From: Chitinophagaceae bacterium
GTDB taxonomy: Bacteria; Bacteroidota; Bacteroidia; Chitinophagales; UBA10324
Reading direction: 5' to 3'
Assembly: GCA_016704325.1 (NCBI GenBank)
Contig: JADJAG010000001.1
Coordinates: 320,787-384,786 of the forward strand
DNA length: 64,000 nt
Each line of letters starts with the position of its first letter. Position 1 is the stretch's first letter. The notes below the pieces were generated by a model. It was given only the letters and a program-made list of their open reading frames with translations. It did no database searches and was not told the DNA's origin. The position numbers were made by a program, and so were the translations under genes. Below are positions 18,096 through 28,722 of this stretch, piece after piece.

Positions 18096-19058
18096 ATGAA
18101 ACGAGCATTAATTGCATTGGTAATAGGCTGCCTGGTTTCCTGTACCAATAATGCATCAAGGGAAACAGGAACAGTACCGGTAATTGGATTCCTGGATGCA
18201 TTCCAGGATGAAACTATTGACCAGGCAAAGCAAGGTTTTTTCAAAGCACTTGCAACGCATGGATTTAGTGAAGACAGTGGTACTATCAAAGTAATATACC
18301 GTAACGCACAGGGCGATATTCCAACCCTCACTCAAGCAGTTGATTTTTTCATATCTGAAGAGGTAACACTTATTGCAACCAATGCAACACTGGCAACTAT
18401 TACGGCTGCTCAAAAAACGTCTGTAATTCCCGTTTGCATGATGGTTGCCCCGACTCCGGAAATGGCCGGACTTACCGATAGTACGGGCAAAGCTCCAGGT
18501 AACCTTTTTGGGGTGTATGAAACACTTGCTTATATTGACAGTTCAGTAGCATTAATCAGGCAGGTGTTACCCTCTGTAAAAGTGATTGGAACAGTATTTA
18601 ACCAGGCTGAACCGCAATCTATGGCTGCATTGTCAGTCATCAAAGACCAATGTAATCGTGCAGGGATGAAACTAATTTCACTGCCGGTAAATAATTCTTC
18701 CGAAACGCAACTGGTAGTCAACTCACTGCTCTCTAAAAATATCGAAGTGTTTTTTGCGATGCCCGACAACACCATCTTTGCATCTTTTGAAACGATTGCC
18801 AAAATTTGTAATGATAAAAACATTCCCATTTTTACCTCAGAATCAGGATTGGTAAAACGCGGAGCATTGGCCGCATATGGCGCTGATATATTTGAATGGG
18901 GTTTCCAGGCCGGTGAACAGGCAGCACTTTTCCTCAGGCAAAGCAGTATGAACGGATTGCAACCGGAATTATTAAAAGTTCGCAAACGAATCTACAATGA
19001 GGATATGGCTACCAGATACAACATCATCTTCCCCTCACCTTTTGAGCCAATAGATTAG
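18096..19058 (+). CDS. ABC transporter substrate-binding lipoprotein (ABC_sub_bind type)
   Basis: ATG 18096 gives MKRALIALVIGCLVS/C, a lipobox, 21 nt after a TATATTTG box. PVIGFLDAFQDETIDQAKQGF... and the periplasmic-binding-fold alternation fit. It is followed directly by permease and ATPase genes. Confidence 0.8.
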   Translation: MKRALIALVIGCLVSCTNNASRETGTVPVIGFLDAFQDETIDQAKQGFFKALATHGFSEDSGTIKVIYRNAQGDIPTLTQAVDFFISEEVTLIATNATLATITAAQKTSVIPVCMMVAPTPEMAGLTDSTGKAPGNLFGVYETLAYIDSSVALIRQVLPSVKVIGTVFNQAEPQSMAALSVIKDQCNRAGMKLISLPVNNSSETQLVVNSLLSKNIEVFFAMPDNTIFASFETIAKICNDKNIPIFTSESGLVKRGALAAYGADIFEWGFQAGEQAALFLRQSSMNGLQPELLKVRKRIYNEDMATRYNIIFPSPFEPID

Positions 19059-19928
19059 ATGGATTTCTATCTCTCTGCCATTTTGCTTGGACTGGCTTAT
19101 TGCGGAATGGGGTTGGGAATCTATATCACGCTCAGGATCTTCAACATCCCGGATATAACGACTGATGGCAGTTTCACACTCGGTGCATCTGTAACGGCGG
19201 CACTGCTTTCACAACAGTATCCCATTGTTACTGCCTTGTTGATGTCAATGATTGCAGGATCGCTTGCAGGCTTAGCTACAGGAATCATCCATACACGACT
19301 TAAAATAAATCCGCTTTTGTCTGGCATTCTGGTAATGACAGCATTGTACTCTGTGAATCTTTCCATTATGGGGAGATCAAATATACCATTGATCAATACA
19401 GCCAACCTGTTGCAACTGACAAACTGGTTTCAGCGCGAACAATACAACTGGCTTTTACTGATGGCTATCGTGGCGCTTGGTTTATGGTGCCTTATTTCCT
19501 GGCTACTAAAAACAGATTTTGGACTCTCGATGCGGGCTACAGGCAATAGCGAAACCATGATTCGTGCACTTGGCGTTAACACCGACGGCATGAAAGTGAT
19601 TGGATTGATGATTGCAAATGCCCTCACTGCCTTGAGCGGATTTCTTGTTTGTCAGTTTCAGCAGTTTGCAGATATCAATATGGGCATAGGAATTGTCATA
19701 TTCGGACTCGGCGCGGTAATGATGGGGGAATCCCTGCTAAATGCACTGCGCATTCAATCTATTCCATTACGTTTGGCGGGAGTGATTGCAGGATGCATCC
19801 TGTTTAGAATAATTATCGGAGCAGCTTTAACCTTTGGCATAAATCCAAACTGGCTGAAACTGGTGACGGCAGTTATTGTATTAGTTGTTGTTGGACTTCC
19901 AAACATTAAAAGAAGGGCTGGCAATTAA
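19059..19928 (+). CDS. ABC transporter permease (branched-chain/sugar-type BPD_transp_2 fold)
   Basis: It starts 1 nt after the SBP stop. There are 8-9 TM helices. ITTDGSFTLGA and MRATGNSETMIRALGVNT are permease motifs. Confidence 0.8.
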   Translation: MDFYLSAILLGLAYCGMGLGIYITLRIFNIPDITTDGSFTLGASVTAALLSQQYPIVTALLMSMIAGSLAGLATGIIHTRLKINPLLSGILVMTALYSVNLSIMGRSNIPLINTANLLQLTNWFQREQYNWLLLMAIVALGLWCLISWLLKTDFGLSMRATGNSETMIRALGVNTDGMKVIGLMIANALTALSGFLVCQFQQFADINMGIGIVIFGLGAVMMGESLLNALRIQSIPLRLAGVIAGCILFRIIIGAALTFGINPNWLKLVTAVIVLVVVGLPNIKRRAGN

Positions 19929-19965
19929 TTTAATTTATGCAACCCTGAATATTCATACGCATCGC

Positions 19966-20721
19966 ATGCTCAACTTAACCCATCTGAAAAAACATTTCAA
20001 TAAAGGCACTCCAAATGAAGTGCTTGCATTGGATGATTGTACATTAACAATCGAAAAAGGGGAGTTTGTTTTATTGGTTGGATCTAATGGATCGGGTAAA
20101 TCAACTTTGCTAAACCTTGTAGCTGGTACCTACTTTCCTGATGAAGGAAATATATTCATTGAAGGAACAGATGTGACAAGGCTGAAAGATTATCAGCGCA
20201 GCAAATTCATTGCAAGAGTATTCCAGGATCCTATGGCAGGTACTGCGGCCGATCTGAGTATCATTGATAATTTCCGGTTAGCTGCATTAAGGACGAAAAG
20301 AAAAACTTTCAAAACAGGCGTGAATGATTCGTTTAAAATGAAAGTCAGTGACCGTTTGTCCATTCTTGAACTCGGACTTGAAAATAAGCTGGACACATTG
20401 GTTGGGAAACTTTCCGGAGGTCAAAGACAGGCATTGACCTTGCTGATGTCCGTAATGGATGAATCAAAAATATTGCTGCTCGATGAACCAACTGCTGCAC
20501 TTGATCCGAAATCAGCAGAAAAGATCATGAAGATTGCTGAGAAAGTGATTCAGGAATTAAATTTGACTGCCATGTTGGTTACGCATAATATGCACTATGC
20601 TGTCAGTTATGGAACACGCCTGGTTATGCTGCAGCAGGGACAAGTAATAAAGGATTATCCGTCAGTGCTCAAAGAAAAATTATTGGTAACCGAATTATAT
20701 AGCTGGTTTGAAAGGCCATAA
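19966..20721 (+). CDS. ABC transporter ATP-binding protein
   Basis: Walker A GSNGSGKST, signature LSGGQRQAL, Walker B LLLDEPTAALD, H-loop VTHNM. ATG 19966 is chosen because the ORF-track start overlaps the permease. Confidence 0.9.
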   Translation: MLNLTHLKKHFNKGTPNEVLALDDCTLTIEKGEFVLLVGSNGSGKSTLLNLVAGTYFPDEGNIFIEGTDVTRLKDYQRSKFIARVFQDPMAGTAADLSIIDNFRLAALRTKRKTFKTGVNDSFKMKVSDRLSILELGLENKLDTLVGKLSGGQRQALTLLMSVMDESKILLLDEPTAALDPKSAEKIMKIAEKVIQELNLTAMLVTHNMHYAVSYGTRLVMLQQGQVIKDYPSVLKEKLLVTELYSWFERP

Positions 20722-20744
20722 CTGACAAAATGAATGGAGTAATG

Positions 20745-21128
20745 CTATTTCAAGCAAGCACCTTTCATAGCATACCAGGGATGAATTTCAACGATAAGCC
20801 TTCCGGCTACTACGGCAGGATCTGCACTTGCCAGGTTCCTTGCTTCTTCCATTGTAGTCGTATTGTAAACACATATACCCCTGATATCACCGTCTTCCAG
20901 CAAGGGGCCTGCAAGATCCATCTTACCTGTGCTTGCCATTTTAGTAAGGTGGGCAAGATGATTCTCCTGTAGTCTTTCTAATGCAATAGAATCCTGAGAC
21001 CGATTGGGTCCCTTTTTAAGAAATACCAGGTAATATGTTTTCATACCTTCATCAGGATTAGGTTGCTGCTGACCGAGTACAAAAAAGGAAGATGCGACAA
21101 GCAGACAAAAGACCAGTACTTGTTTCAT
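20745..21128 (-). CDS. Exported YciI-like domain protein
   Basis: ATG 21128 gives the signal peptide MKQVLVFCLLVASSFFVLG/QQ. The body YYLVFLKKGP...HLAHL..MASTGKMDLAGPLLEDGDIRGICVY...EEARNLASADPAV..GRL resembles YciI/DGPF-type alpha/beta domains. Confidence 0.5.
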   Translation of the reverse strand: MKQVLVFCLLVASSFFVLGQQQPNPDEGMKTYYLVFLKKGPNRSQDSIALERLQENHLAHLTKMASTGKMDLAGPLLEDGDIRGICVYNTTTMEEARNLASADPAVVAGRLIVEIHPWYAMKGACLK

Positions 21129-21165
21129 TAGGACAAAAATTATAAGATTAGACAATTCATGCTTG

Positions 21166-21546
21166 TTACAGGTGAACAGCTGTTGCTTTAAATGCAATTG
21201 CATGTTTTGCTTCAGTTGTGTCAATATAGGCATATCCAGCTGCAATTGCATGGCGGCCCGTTATGTCAAGTGGCGTGTTGAATTTTTGATCCCAATCAAC
21301 GAAAACCGAATTACCACTTTCATTTGCTAAATTTAGCCAGCATCCTTCAGATTGACAGGACTTCTGAATGGTACCATAGATAACTGCTTCCATCCTGTCC
21401 TGGCCTTCCATTCTAGCAGTTAATTCCCCAATGCTAATTGCTTTTGTAGTGTCAAAATCCACTCCATAGAAAGCCGGTGCTATCGGCGCATTATTACATG
21501 CGGATAGACTAATTATTATAAAAAAAAGAAGAATGAGATTTCTCAT
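21166..21546 (-). CDS. DUF4920-like lipoprotein
   Basis: ATG 21546 gives MRNLILLFFIIISLSA/C. The central ...CQSEGCWLNL... motif and the ~125-aa size fit my memory of DUF4920. Confidence 0.45.
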   Translation of the reverse strand: MRNLILLFFIIISLSACNNAPIAPAFYGVDFDTTKAISIGELTARMEGQDRMEAVIYGTIQKSCQSEGCWLNLANESGNSVFVDWDQKFNTPLDITGRHAIAAGYAYIDTTEAKHAIAFKATAVHL

Positions 21547-21707
21547 AGTCAAATCTTGTTTCAGTAAAAATAAAGGTTTTTGACAACTACATTACCGCTT
21601 AAAACCAGGTTGTTTACCAAACAATCAGCATTTGTCAACCTTGATTCCATCCAATTTTTGTTGCTTTGCAATGAAAAGAAAGCAAAGTTTGAAACCCCGG
21701 TATTAGT

Positions 21708-22115
21708 ATGTCTCAAAACAAAGCAAGTCATTGGTATGCATTCACTCATGCGAAATGTCCGCATTGCCATCATGGAAATATGTTTATTAATAAGAATCCC
21801 TATGCATTAAATGACCTCTCAAAGATGCCGACTCATTGCCCGGTATGTGGCATTTCATTCTTCCCGGAAACGGGTTTTTACTGGGGTTCGATGTATATGT
21901 CATACATGATCACCGTCTTATTCTCTGCTATAAGCGTTGTGATATTGGGTTTAATCTCAGGATGGCAAATATATGTGCTGGTCATAGGCAATACCATCCT
22001 GCTCATATTAGGGTTCCCGGTATTTTTCCGATATGCAAGGGTTGTCTGGCTTCAACTTAATGTGCCTTTCAACAAAGAACTTTTTATTAAATATGAAACC
22101 AGTACCAAAACCTGA
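21708..22115 (+). CDS. DUF983-like protein (N-terminal zinc ribbon plus two TM helices)
   Basis: CPHCHHG...CPVCG forms a four-Cys ribbon and is followed by two hydrophobic helices. The protein is 135 aa. Confidence 0.55.
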   Translation: MSQNKASHWYAFTHAKCPHCHHGNMFINKNPYALNDLSKMPTHCPVCGISFFPETGFYWGSMYMSYMITVLFSAISVVILGLISGWQIYVLVIGNTILLILGFPVFFRYARVVWLQLNVPFNKELFIKYETSTKT

Positions 22116-22116
22116 C

Positions 22117-24531
22117 CTATTTCACCAATGCTATTTCAAGTACCTGCATCATATCATCTACATAATGAAATACGATGCCTTTGATAAACTCAGGGTTAAT
22201 TTCTGAGATATCTTTTTCATTCATCCTGCAAAGTAATATCTCTTTCATGCCGGCACGTTTGGCCGCCAAAATTTTTTCCTTAATGCCTCCTACCGGCAAT
22301 ACTTTGCCACGAAGTGTTATTTCGCCTGTCATCGCGAGGAATTTCTTCACTTTTCTACCGCTAAATGCAGAGGCAATAGCCGAAAGCATGGTAACACCGG
22401 CAGATGGGCCATCTTTTGGAATTGCACCTTCGGGCACGTGTATATGAATATCCTTTTTGTCAAGATCATCTTGTTTGATCCCGATCTTATCAGCATGCGA
22501 TTTAATAAAAGTAAGTGCAGTTGAAGCAGACTCTTTCATTACATCACCAAGATTGCCGGTAAGTTTAAGGTTACCTTTTCCTTTACTCAAAAGCGTTTCA
22601 ACATACAGAATTTCTCCTCCTACATAGGTCCATGCCAGTCCAATAGCTACTCCCGGAGGATTTTCTTCCTGGTACATCTCCGCATCAAACCGTTTAATGC
22701 CAAGTATGCGTTTAATATCATCAAGAGATAATTCTGCGCTGCGCCGTTCATTAAGTGCAACATCCTTTGCTATGGAACGCATTACACCTGCCAGCTTTCG
22801 ATCCAGGTCTCTCACTCCCGACTCCCGGGTATAATCTTCAATTATTTTCTGTATCACCGGCTTTGAAAAGTGCACATGCTTATTTTTCAATCCATGCGCT
22901 TCCAATTGCTTCGGAATTAAATGTCTTTCTGCAATTTGAATCTTCTCTTCCACGCTGTACCCACTGATATCAATGATCTCCATCCTGTCGCGCAAAGCAG
23001 GCTGAATCGTTGCCAGAGAATTCGCCGTGGCAATAAACAACACCTTTGAGAGATCATACTCTAACTCCACATACTGATCGTAGAATGAATTATTCTGTTC
23101 AGGATCCAGCACTTCCAATAGTGCGGAGGAAGGATCGCCCCTGAAGTCTGCTCCCACTTTATCTATTTCATCCAAAACAAAAACAGGATTGGATGTTTGC
23201 GCTTTCTTCAACGATTGGATAATACGTCCAGGCATAGCTCCAATATAGGTCTTGCGATGGCCACGGATTTCTGCTTCATCATGCAAACCACCAAGTGACA
23301 TTCGAACATACTTGCGGTTCAGCGCCTTGCCAATTGATTTTCCCAAAGAGGTCTTACCTACTCCCGGAGGCCCTACAAAGCAAAGGATGGGTGATTTAAG
23401 GTCTCCTTTTAGTTTTAAAACGGCGAGGTATTCCAATATACGGTCTTTGACTTTTTCAAGGCCGTAATGATCCTGTTCCAGTATTTTCTTTGCACGCTTT
23501 AAATCGAACTTATCCTTGGTGTAAACGCCCCAGGGAAGGTCCAACAGCAATTCCAAATAGTTTAGAATCACCCCATGTTCAGCTGCAGCCGGATTCATGC
23601 GTTGCAGTTTACTTACTTCCTTTTCAAAATGCTCAGCAACAGGCTTTGTCCATTTCTTTTTTGCTGCCCGATCTCTTAGGTTTTGGATTTCTTTTTCAAT
23701 AGAATCAGAACTGCCAAGTTCCTCCTGAATCGTTTTTAGCTGCTGCTGCAAGAAATAATCCTTCTGTTGCTTTTCAATATCTGATCGTACTTTGCTTTGA
23801 ATCTTATTCTTTAACTCCAATACCTGAATTTCTGATTCCAGTTGAACCAGAACGGCTTGTGCCCTTTCTTTCAGGTCATTCAACTCCAGCACTTTCTGCT
23901 TCTCTTTTAATTCTATGGATAGATTATTTGCAATAAAATTAATCAGGAAGCCGGGAGAGTCAATGTTTCGTAACATGATGCTGGCTTCAGTCGGTATATT
24001 CGGCGACAGTTTAATGATGTTACCAGCCATTTCTTTCAAAGAAGAAACCATGGCTTCAAATTGCTTATCCTCTAAATAAGGGATGTCACTTAAAACGTCA
24101 ATGGTAGCTTTAAAGTAGGGATCGGATGCAATGAATTCGCGTATAGAAAACCTGACCTTGCCCTGAATAATAGCTGTTGTACTCCCATCAGGCATCTTCA
24201 GCATTTTGAGGATCTTCGCCATCGTTCCTACTTTATGAAGGTCTTTGAACTCAGGCTCCTCTACATTTGAATCCAATTGGGCGATAACACCAATAAAGCG
24301 ATCGGCAGCATATGCATCCCGTACAGCCTTGATCGACTTATCCCTGCCAACCGTAATAGGAATCACAACACCCGGAAATAAAACCGTATTACGAAGCGGG
24401 AGCACCGGAATTACATCAGCAAAGACGTCTTTCTTGCCATCCCCTTCCTCTTCCAATGTTATTAATGGCATGAATTCAATGTCTTCTTCCATACCCTGCA
24501 ATGCTTTTAACGAATTCTGAAAGTTCATCAT
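22117..24531 (-). CDS. lon: ATP-dependent endopeptidase La (Lon protease)
   Basis: N-terminal LON domain ([20 protein letters not shown]), Walker [10 protein letters not shown], Walker [10 protein letters not shown], and the catalytic Ser context [11 protein letters not shown] ... K in [14 protein letters not shown]. Confidence 0.97.
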   Translation of the reverse strand: MMNFQNSLKALQGMEEDIEFMPLITLEEEGDGKKDVFADVIPVLPLRNTVLFPGVVIPITVGRDKSIKAVRDAYAADRFIGVIAQLDSNVEEPEFKDLHKVGTMAKILKMLKMPDGSTTAIIQGKVRFSIREFIASDPYFKATIDVLSDIPYLEDKQFEAMVSSLKEMAGNIIKLSPNIPTEASIMLRNIDSPGFLINFIANNLSIELKEKQKVLELNDLKERAQAVLVQLESEIQVLELKNKIQSKVRSDIEKQQKDYFLQQQLKTIQEELGSSDSIEKEIQNLRDRAAKKKWTKPVAEHFEKEVSKLQRMNPAAAEHGVILNYLELLLDLPWGVYTKDKFDLKRAKKILEQDHYGLEKVKDRILEYLAVLKLKGDLKSPILCFVGPPGVGKTSLGKSIGKALNRKYVRMSLGGLHDEAEIRGHRKTYIGAMPGRIIQSLKKAQTSNPVFVLDEIDKVGADFRGDPSSALLEVLDPEQNNSFYDQYVELEYDLSKVLFIATANSLATIQPALRDRMEIIDISGYSVEEKIQIAERHLIPKQLEAHGLKNKHVHFSKPVIQKIIEDYTRESGVRDLDRKLAGVMRSIAKDVALNERRSAELSLDDIKRILGIKRFDAEMYQEENPPGVAIGLAWTYVGGEILYVETLLSKGKGNLKLTGNLGDVMKESASTALTFIKSHADKIGIKQDDLDKKDIHIHVPEGAIPKDGPSAGVTMLSAIASAFSGRKVKKFLAMTGEITLRGKVLPVGGIKEKILAAKRAGMKEILLCRMNEKDISEINPEFIKGIVFHYVDDMMQVLEIALVK

Positions 24532-24581
24532 CTTTGGTTGTAATTACAACTTTTATATAGTTCATGCTCCATTTAGAACAG

Positions 24582-24589
24582 CAAACTTA
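24582..24589 (-). promoter_or_regulatory. Bacteroidota -7 box TAAGTTTG (lon)
   Basis: An exact TAnnTTTG on the minus strand ~50 nt upstream of the lon ATG. Confidence 0.4.
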
Positions 24590-24801
24590 GCATTTGAAAT
24601 TCTATAAGCATATGAACGGAGTCAAATACCCCGCCATGCTGACTTTTATAGGTAAATCGGAAATTTTGGCTGAAAATGACTTAATTATTCACGACTTATT
24701 TGCTGAATGCTGGGAATTGCGATCACTTATGCAGTTCATTAGCTATGCATTGGTTACCTAATAGGCCTTTCCGGAGATTAACTATCAAGCAAAAAGTATC
24801 T

Positions 24802-25644
24802 TCAGGCAGACTCCCTCATTAATTTCGATAATCCGTTCTTACAAAAATATTGGCCTGCTGCCTTTTTCTTTTCCAGTAGCTGAAAATTTAGCTTCGTGTC
24901 TTCTTCTCTTCCGCTCCTGCCATGGAATAAATGATATTGCCTGGCAACATATTTCATTGACTTTAGTTTAATGCCAGCTTTCAGCAGCCTCCATTCCAGG
25001 TCAATATCCTCTCCCACACCTATCCTCACATAATCTTCATCAAAACCATTTACCATCAAAAGGTCACTTTTCATGATTCCCATGCTACACCCCCAAAAAC
25101 CTACTTTGGCTCTTTGAAACTTCAGCACCCATGGCATGTAAAATGCATGCTTTTTTTGCTCGCTTTGCGATAACAGAATATTACACAAGTTGAGTTTCTG
25201 AAGGTTTCCTGATTTAAGCAATTTATCGGTCAGTTGCCTGTCCAGATATACCCTTCTGCCAAATAAGCAATAACCTTCCTTCGCTTGCTGAACAAATTCC
25301 ATCAGGTAGTTGTGATGAAGCACAGAGTCGCCATCAATAAACTGGAGATACTTTCCGTTAGCTGCTAAGACGGCTTTATTAAGTATCTTGTTTTTGAGGA
25401 ATCCTTCATCTGGTTGATGTACATGCAATATCGGAAAACTGAAATTATTTCTTGCTGTAATAATAAAATCTTTCATGTTGCTGTCTTCATCATCTTCAGC
25501 AATTATAACCTCAAAATTTCGGTAAGATTGCCTTTCAAGTGATAAGAGTACAAGTTCAAGAAACGGAACATTCTTATAAACAGCCACGATTACCGAAGTA
25601 TACGGAGCAGATGATTCCTTGTATGCATGGGTTCCCAAATTCAC
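24802..25644 (-). CDS. Family-2 glycosyltransferase
   Basis: SVIVAVYKNVPFLELVLLSLERQSY.NFEVIIAEDD and FIDGDSV (DxD) are present. The start is GTG. Confidence 0.8.
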   Translation of the reverse strand: MNLGTHAYKESSAPYTSVIVAVYKNVPFLELVLLSLERQSYRNFEVIIAEDDEDSNMKDFIITARNNFSFPILHVHQPDEGFLKNKILNKAVLAANGKYLQFIDGDSVLHHNYLMEFVQQAKEGYCLFGRRVYLDRQLTDKLLKSGNLQKLNLCNILLSQSEQKKHAFYMPWVLKFQRAKVGFWGCSMGIMKSDLLMVNGFDEDYVRIGVGEDIDLEWRLLKAGIKLKSMKYVARQYHLFHGRSGREEDTKLNFQLLEKKKAAGQYFCKNGLSKLMRESA

Positions 25645-25726
25645 AAATTGGTATTTTTTGCAATAATATCAATTTCCGTCATTGAAAAATAACAGTTCAT
25701 GAGAGGAATGAAAATAAAATCTTTTA

Positions 25727-28354
25727 TCATGCCGTCTCTGCTTCCATCTTTAGTTTTCCTGCATTTTTAAACTTAAATTCCCGTTTGCCATTCGTAGTCA
25801 CCAGGATATCATCATCGCTGCTGATTGTGCCAGCCAAAAGTTTCTTAGACAATTCATTTACAATGTCCTTTTGAATCACTCTTTTTAATGGCCTCGCTCC
25901 AAACTGAGGGTCATATCCTTCATCAGATAGCTGCTCCACCACTTCTTCGGTAAATCCGATCCTGATATTGTTCTTTAATAACATTTTTTCCAATCCCTTC
26001 AATTGCAGACGGACTATTTCTTTAATCTCGCTTCTCATAAGAGGTGCGAATAGTATGATATCGTCTATCCGGTTTAAGAATTCCGGACGTACCGATTTCT
26101 TCAGTTGTTCCATCACCTCCAGCTTAGTGGTTTCCATAATGCTCTGCTTATTCCTTTCATCTACTTTTTCAAAGTTCTCCTGTATAATGCCTGAGCCGAA
26201 ATTGGATGTCATAATAATGATGGTGTTTTTGAAATTTACCACCCGACCTTTGTTATCCGTAAGCCTGCCATCGTCAAGTACCTGTAGCAGAATGTTAAAT
26301 ACATCAGGATGAGCTTTCTCAAATTCATCCAGCAGGATTACTGAATATGGCTTGCGTCGAACGGCCTCTGTCAACTGACCTCCTTCATCATAACCAACGT
26401 AACCGGGAGGAGCTCCAATCAATCGCGAGACAGCATGTCGCTCCTGGTATTCGCTCATGTCAATACGAGCCATAGCGCCATCATCGTTAAACAGGACTTC
26501 AGCCAATGCTTTGGCAAGTTCAGTTTTCCCTACACCTGTTGTCCCAAGAAATATAAAAGACCCAATCGGTCGTTTTGCGTCTTGCAATCCTGCACGGCTT
26601 CTCCTGATTGCATCACTCACTGCAACAATAGCCTCTTCCTGGCCTACAACCCTGCGGTGTAACTCATCTTCAAGATGCAGCAGCTTCTCTTTCTCTGATT
26701 GCAACATCCGGGAAACGGGCACGCCCGTCCACTTTGAAACGATTTCGGCAATATCTTCTGCATCCACCTCCTCTTTCAGCATCCGGCTTCCTTTGTTTAT
26801 CTGCTCCAACTGCAATTCAAATTCTTTCAGTTTCTGTTCTGCTTCACGAATCTTTCCATATCGCAATTCAGCCACTTTTCCATAATCACCGATACGTTCA
26901 GCTTGTTCAGCCTGTAGCTTAAATTCTTCAATGGATTGTTTAGTTATCTGAACCTGGTCGGCAATATCCTTTTCTGATTGCCACTTTGCTTTTAAGTCAT
27001 TTCTGTCAGCAGTCAGGTTCGCGATCTCTTTGTTCAGCTCATCCAGTTTCTTTTTATCATTTTCTCTCTTAATAGCTTCCCGTTCAATTTCCAATTGCCG
27101 GATGCGGCGTTCAATCTCATCCAACTCTTCTGGCAACGAATCCATTTGCAGCCGAAGTTTGGCAGCAGCTTCATCTATCAGGTCGATAGCCTTATCAGGA
27201 AGGAAACGATCGGAAATATAACGGTGAGAAAGTTCTACTGCCGAAATGATGGCTTCATCCTTGATTCTGACTTTGTGATGTGTTTCATAGCGTTCTTTTA
27301 ATCCCCGCAAAATGGAAACGGCATCCTCTTCATTAGGTTCGTCAATCATTACCTTTTGAAAACGGCGCTCCAATGCTTTATCCTTTTCAAAGTATTTTTG
27401 GTATTCATTCAAAGTCGTCGCGCCAATAGTTCTTAATTCTCCACGTGCAAGAGCGGGCTTCAGAATATTTGCTGCATCCATTGCGCCTTCTGTAGCACCT
27501 GCTCCAATTAGCGTGTGTATCTCATCAATGAATAAAATAATTTGTCCGTCACTATCTGTTACTTCTTTAATTACTGCTTTAAGCCGCTCTTCAAAGTCTC
27601 CTCTGAACTTTGCCCCGGCCAGCAATGCACCCGTATCAAGTGCATATATATTTTTCGATTTAAGATTCTCAGGAATATCTCCATTAACGATACGGTGCGC
27701 AATGCCTTCCGCAATGGCTGTCTTTCCAACGCCCGGTTCACCAACAAGGATCGGATTATTCTTTGTTCTCCTAGATAGAATATGTAATACTCTTCTGATC
27801 TCTTCATCACGGCCTATTACTGGATCCAATTTGCCGGATTGTGCAAGCGAATTCAAATTCTTCGCATACTTGTTGAGTGCATTGTATGACGATTCCGCAC
27901 TCTGATCTGTCACCTTTCTTCCTTTGCGTAGCTCAGCGATGGCCAGTTTGAGCTCCTTCTCATTAAGGCCCGCATCCTTCAGAATTTTCGCTGTATTATC
28001 TTTTGCACTTAACAATGCCAACAACAGATGCTCAACTGAAATAAAATCATCTTTGTATTCTTTCAAATAGCTCTGTGCTTTCAACATTACCTGGTTGCAC
28101 TCATTGGAAAGGTATTGACCACTACCTCCACTTACTTTAGGATACGTATTAATCTGATCATCAATTTTTGCTTCAAGGTGTCCGGGATTTACGCCTGTTT
28201 TCTTAAGAAGAAAATCCACAACATGTTCATCAACTAACAATAATCCTTTCAGCAAATGCGCTGTTTCAATCGATTGATGTTGATTTGCGAAAGCTAATTC
28301 CTGTGCTTTTTGAATAGCTTCCTGCGATTTTATAGTCAGGTTATTTGGGTTCAT
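25727..28354 (-). CDS. clpB: ATP-dependent chaperone ClpB
   Basis: Clp N domain, NBD1 Walker A GEPGVGKTA, a long coiled-coil M domain, NBD2 Walker A GTTGVGKTE, and GARPLKR near the C-terminus. 875 aa. Confidence 0.97.
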   Translation of the reverse strand: MNPNNLTIKSQEAIQKAQELAFANQHQSIETAHLLKGLLLVDEHVVDFLLKKTGVNPGHLEAKIDDQINTYPKVSGGSGQYLSNECNQVMLKAQSYLKEYKDDFISVEHLLLALLSAKDNTAKILKDAGLNEKELKLAIAELRKGRKVTDQSAESSYNALNKYAKNLNSLAQSGKLDPVIGRDEEIRRVLHILSRRTKNNPILVGEPGVGKTAIAEGIAHRIVNGDIPENLKSKNIYALDTGALLAGAKFRGDFEERLKAVIKEVTDSDGQIILFIDEIHTLIGAGATEGAMDAANILKPALARGELRTIGATTLNEYQKYFEKDKALERRFQKVMIDEPNEEDAVSILRGLKERYETHHKVRIKDEAIISAVELSHRYISDRFLPDKAIDLIDEAAAKLRLQMDSLPEELDEIERRIRQLEIEREAIKRENDKKKLDELNKEIANLTADRNDLKAKWQSEKDIADQVQITKQSIEEFKLQAEQAERIGDYGKVAELRYGKIREAEQKLKEFELQLEQINKGSRMLKEEVDAEDIAEIVSKWTGVPVSRMLQSEKEKLLHLEDELHRRVVGQEEAIVAVSDAIRRSRAGLQDAKRPIGSFIFLGTTGVGKTELAKALAEVLFNDDGAMARIDMSEYQERHAVSRLIGAPPGYVGYDEGGQLTEAVRRKPYSVILLDEFEKAHPDVFNILLQVLDDGRLTDNKGRVVNFKNTIIIMTSNFGSGIIQENFEKVDERNKQSIMETTKLEVMEQLKKSVRPEFLNRIDDIILFAPLMRSEIKEIVRLQLKGLEKMLLKNNIRIGFTEEVVEQLSDEGYDPQFGARPLKRVIQKDIVNELSKKLLAGTISSDDDILVTTNGKREFKFKNAGKLKMEAETA

Positions 28355-28722
28355 TCCATTTTTTATTATGATGCTGTTTCGTCAAATACACTGCCAGCTA
28401 CTTCATTATCAGATGTATCCTGCAATTTTGGCGCATAACTGTTAAAACAGGAGACTTTATGTCAATAGTGTATCGATTAATAGAATCAAACAAAGTAATA
28501 GTGTTGGCAGATTCCCTCCCTTTTTCAGCCAGATTAGGTGGTTTGCATGAAAGCACCTAACTTTAGAAGTCCAACTTGAAGTAAGCGTAAATTATATGTT
28601 GCTTCTCCGCAACCTGGCAGGGCCTGAATAAGAGGAGTTGATTAGATCACAATAGTCAATCAGCCTCTGATAGATTGATCGTTTCGAAAATTCTTTTATT
28701 CATCTCAATAAACAAGGAGATC

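Noticed and set aside
21561-21810. ORFs 21561-21773 (-) and 21580-21810 (+) lie in the gap between the DUF4920-like and DUF983-like genes.
   Set aside because: They overlap each other and the start of the DUF983 gene, and have no signal or motif content. The region is better explained as the divergent promoter region.
22113-22119. The convergent DUF983 and lon genes end 1 nt apart with no room for terminators. purC and the L,D-transpeptidase gene are similarly placed (48571/48587).
   Set aside because: This is compact convergent packing, which is common in these genomes. I saw no hairpin or other structure to report.
25968-27905. A series of plus-strand ORFs of 62-142 aa lies inside clpB. 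Similar sets lie inside lon (22175-24520), the thiolase gene (14579-15405) and the Omp85 gene (5478-6788).
   Set aside because: They are antisense to long genes with unmistakable family signatures. Their translations are low-complexity (S/L/F-rich) with no recognisable motifs. This is typical of spurious antisense frames.
28355-28722. The long divergent intergenic regions upstream of clpB (368 nt) and lon (24532-24801) were checked for CIRCE-type heat-shock operators, riboswitch-like elements or small RNAs.
   Set aside because: No TTAGCACTC-N9-GAGTGCTAA-like inverted repeat, conserved shared motif or stable extended hairpin was visible by eye. I cannot exclude an sRNA without folding or covariance tools.
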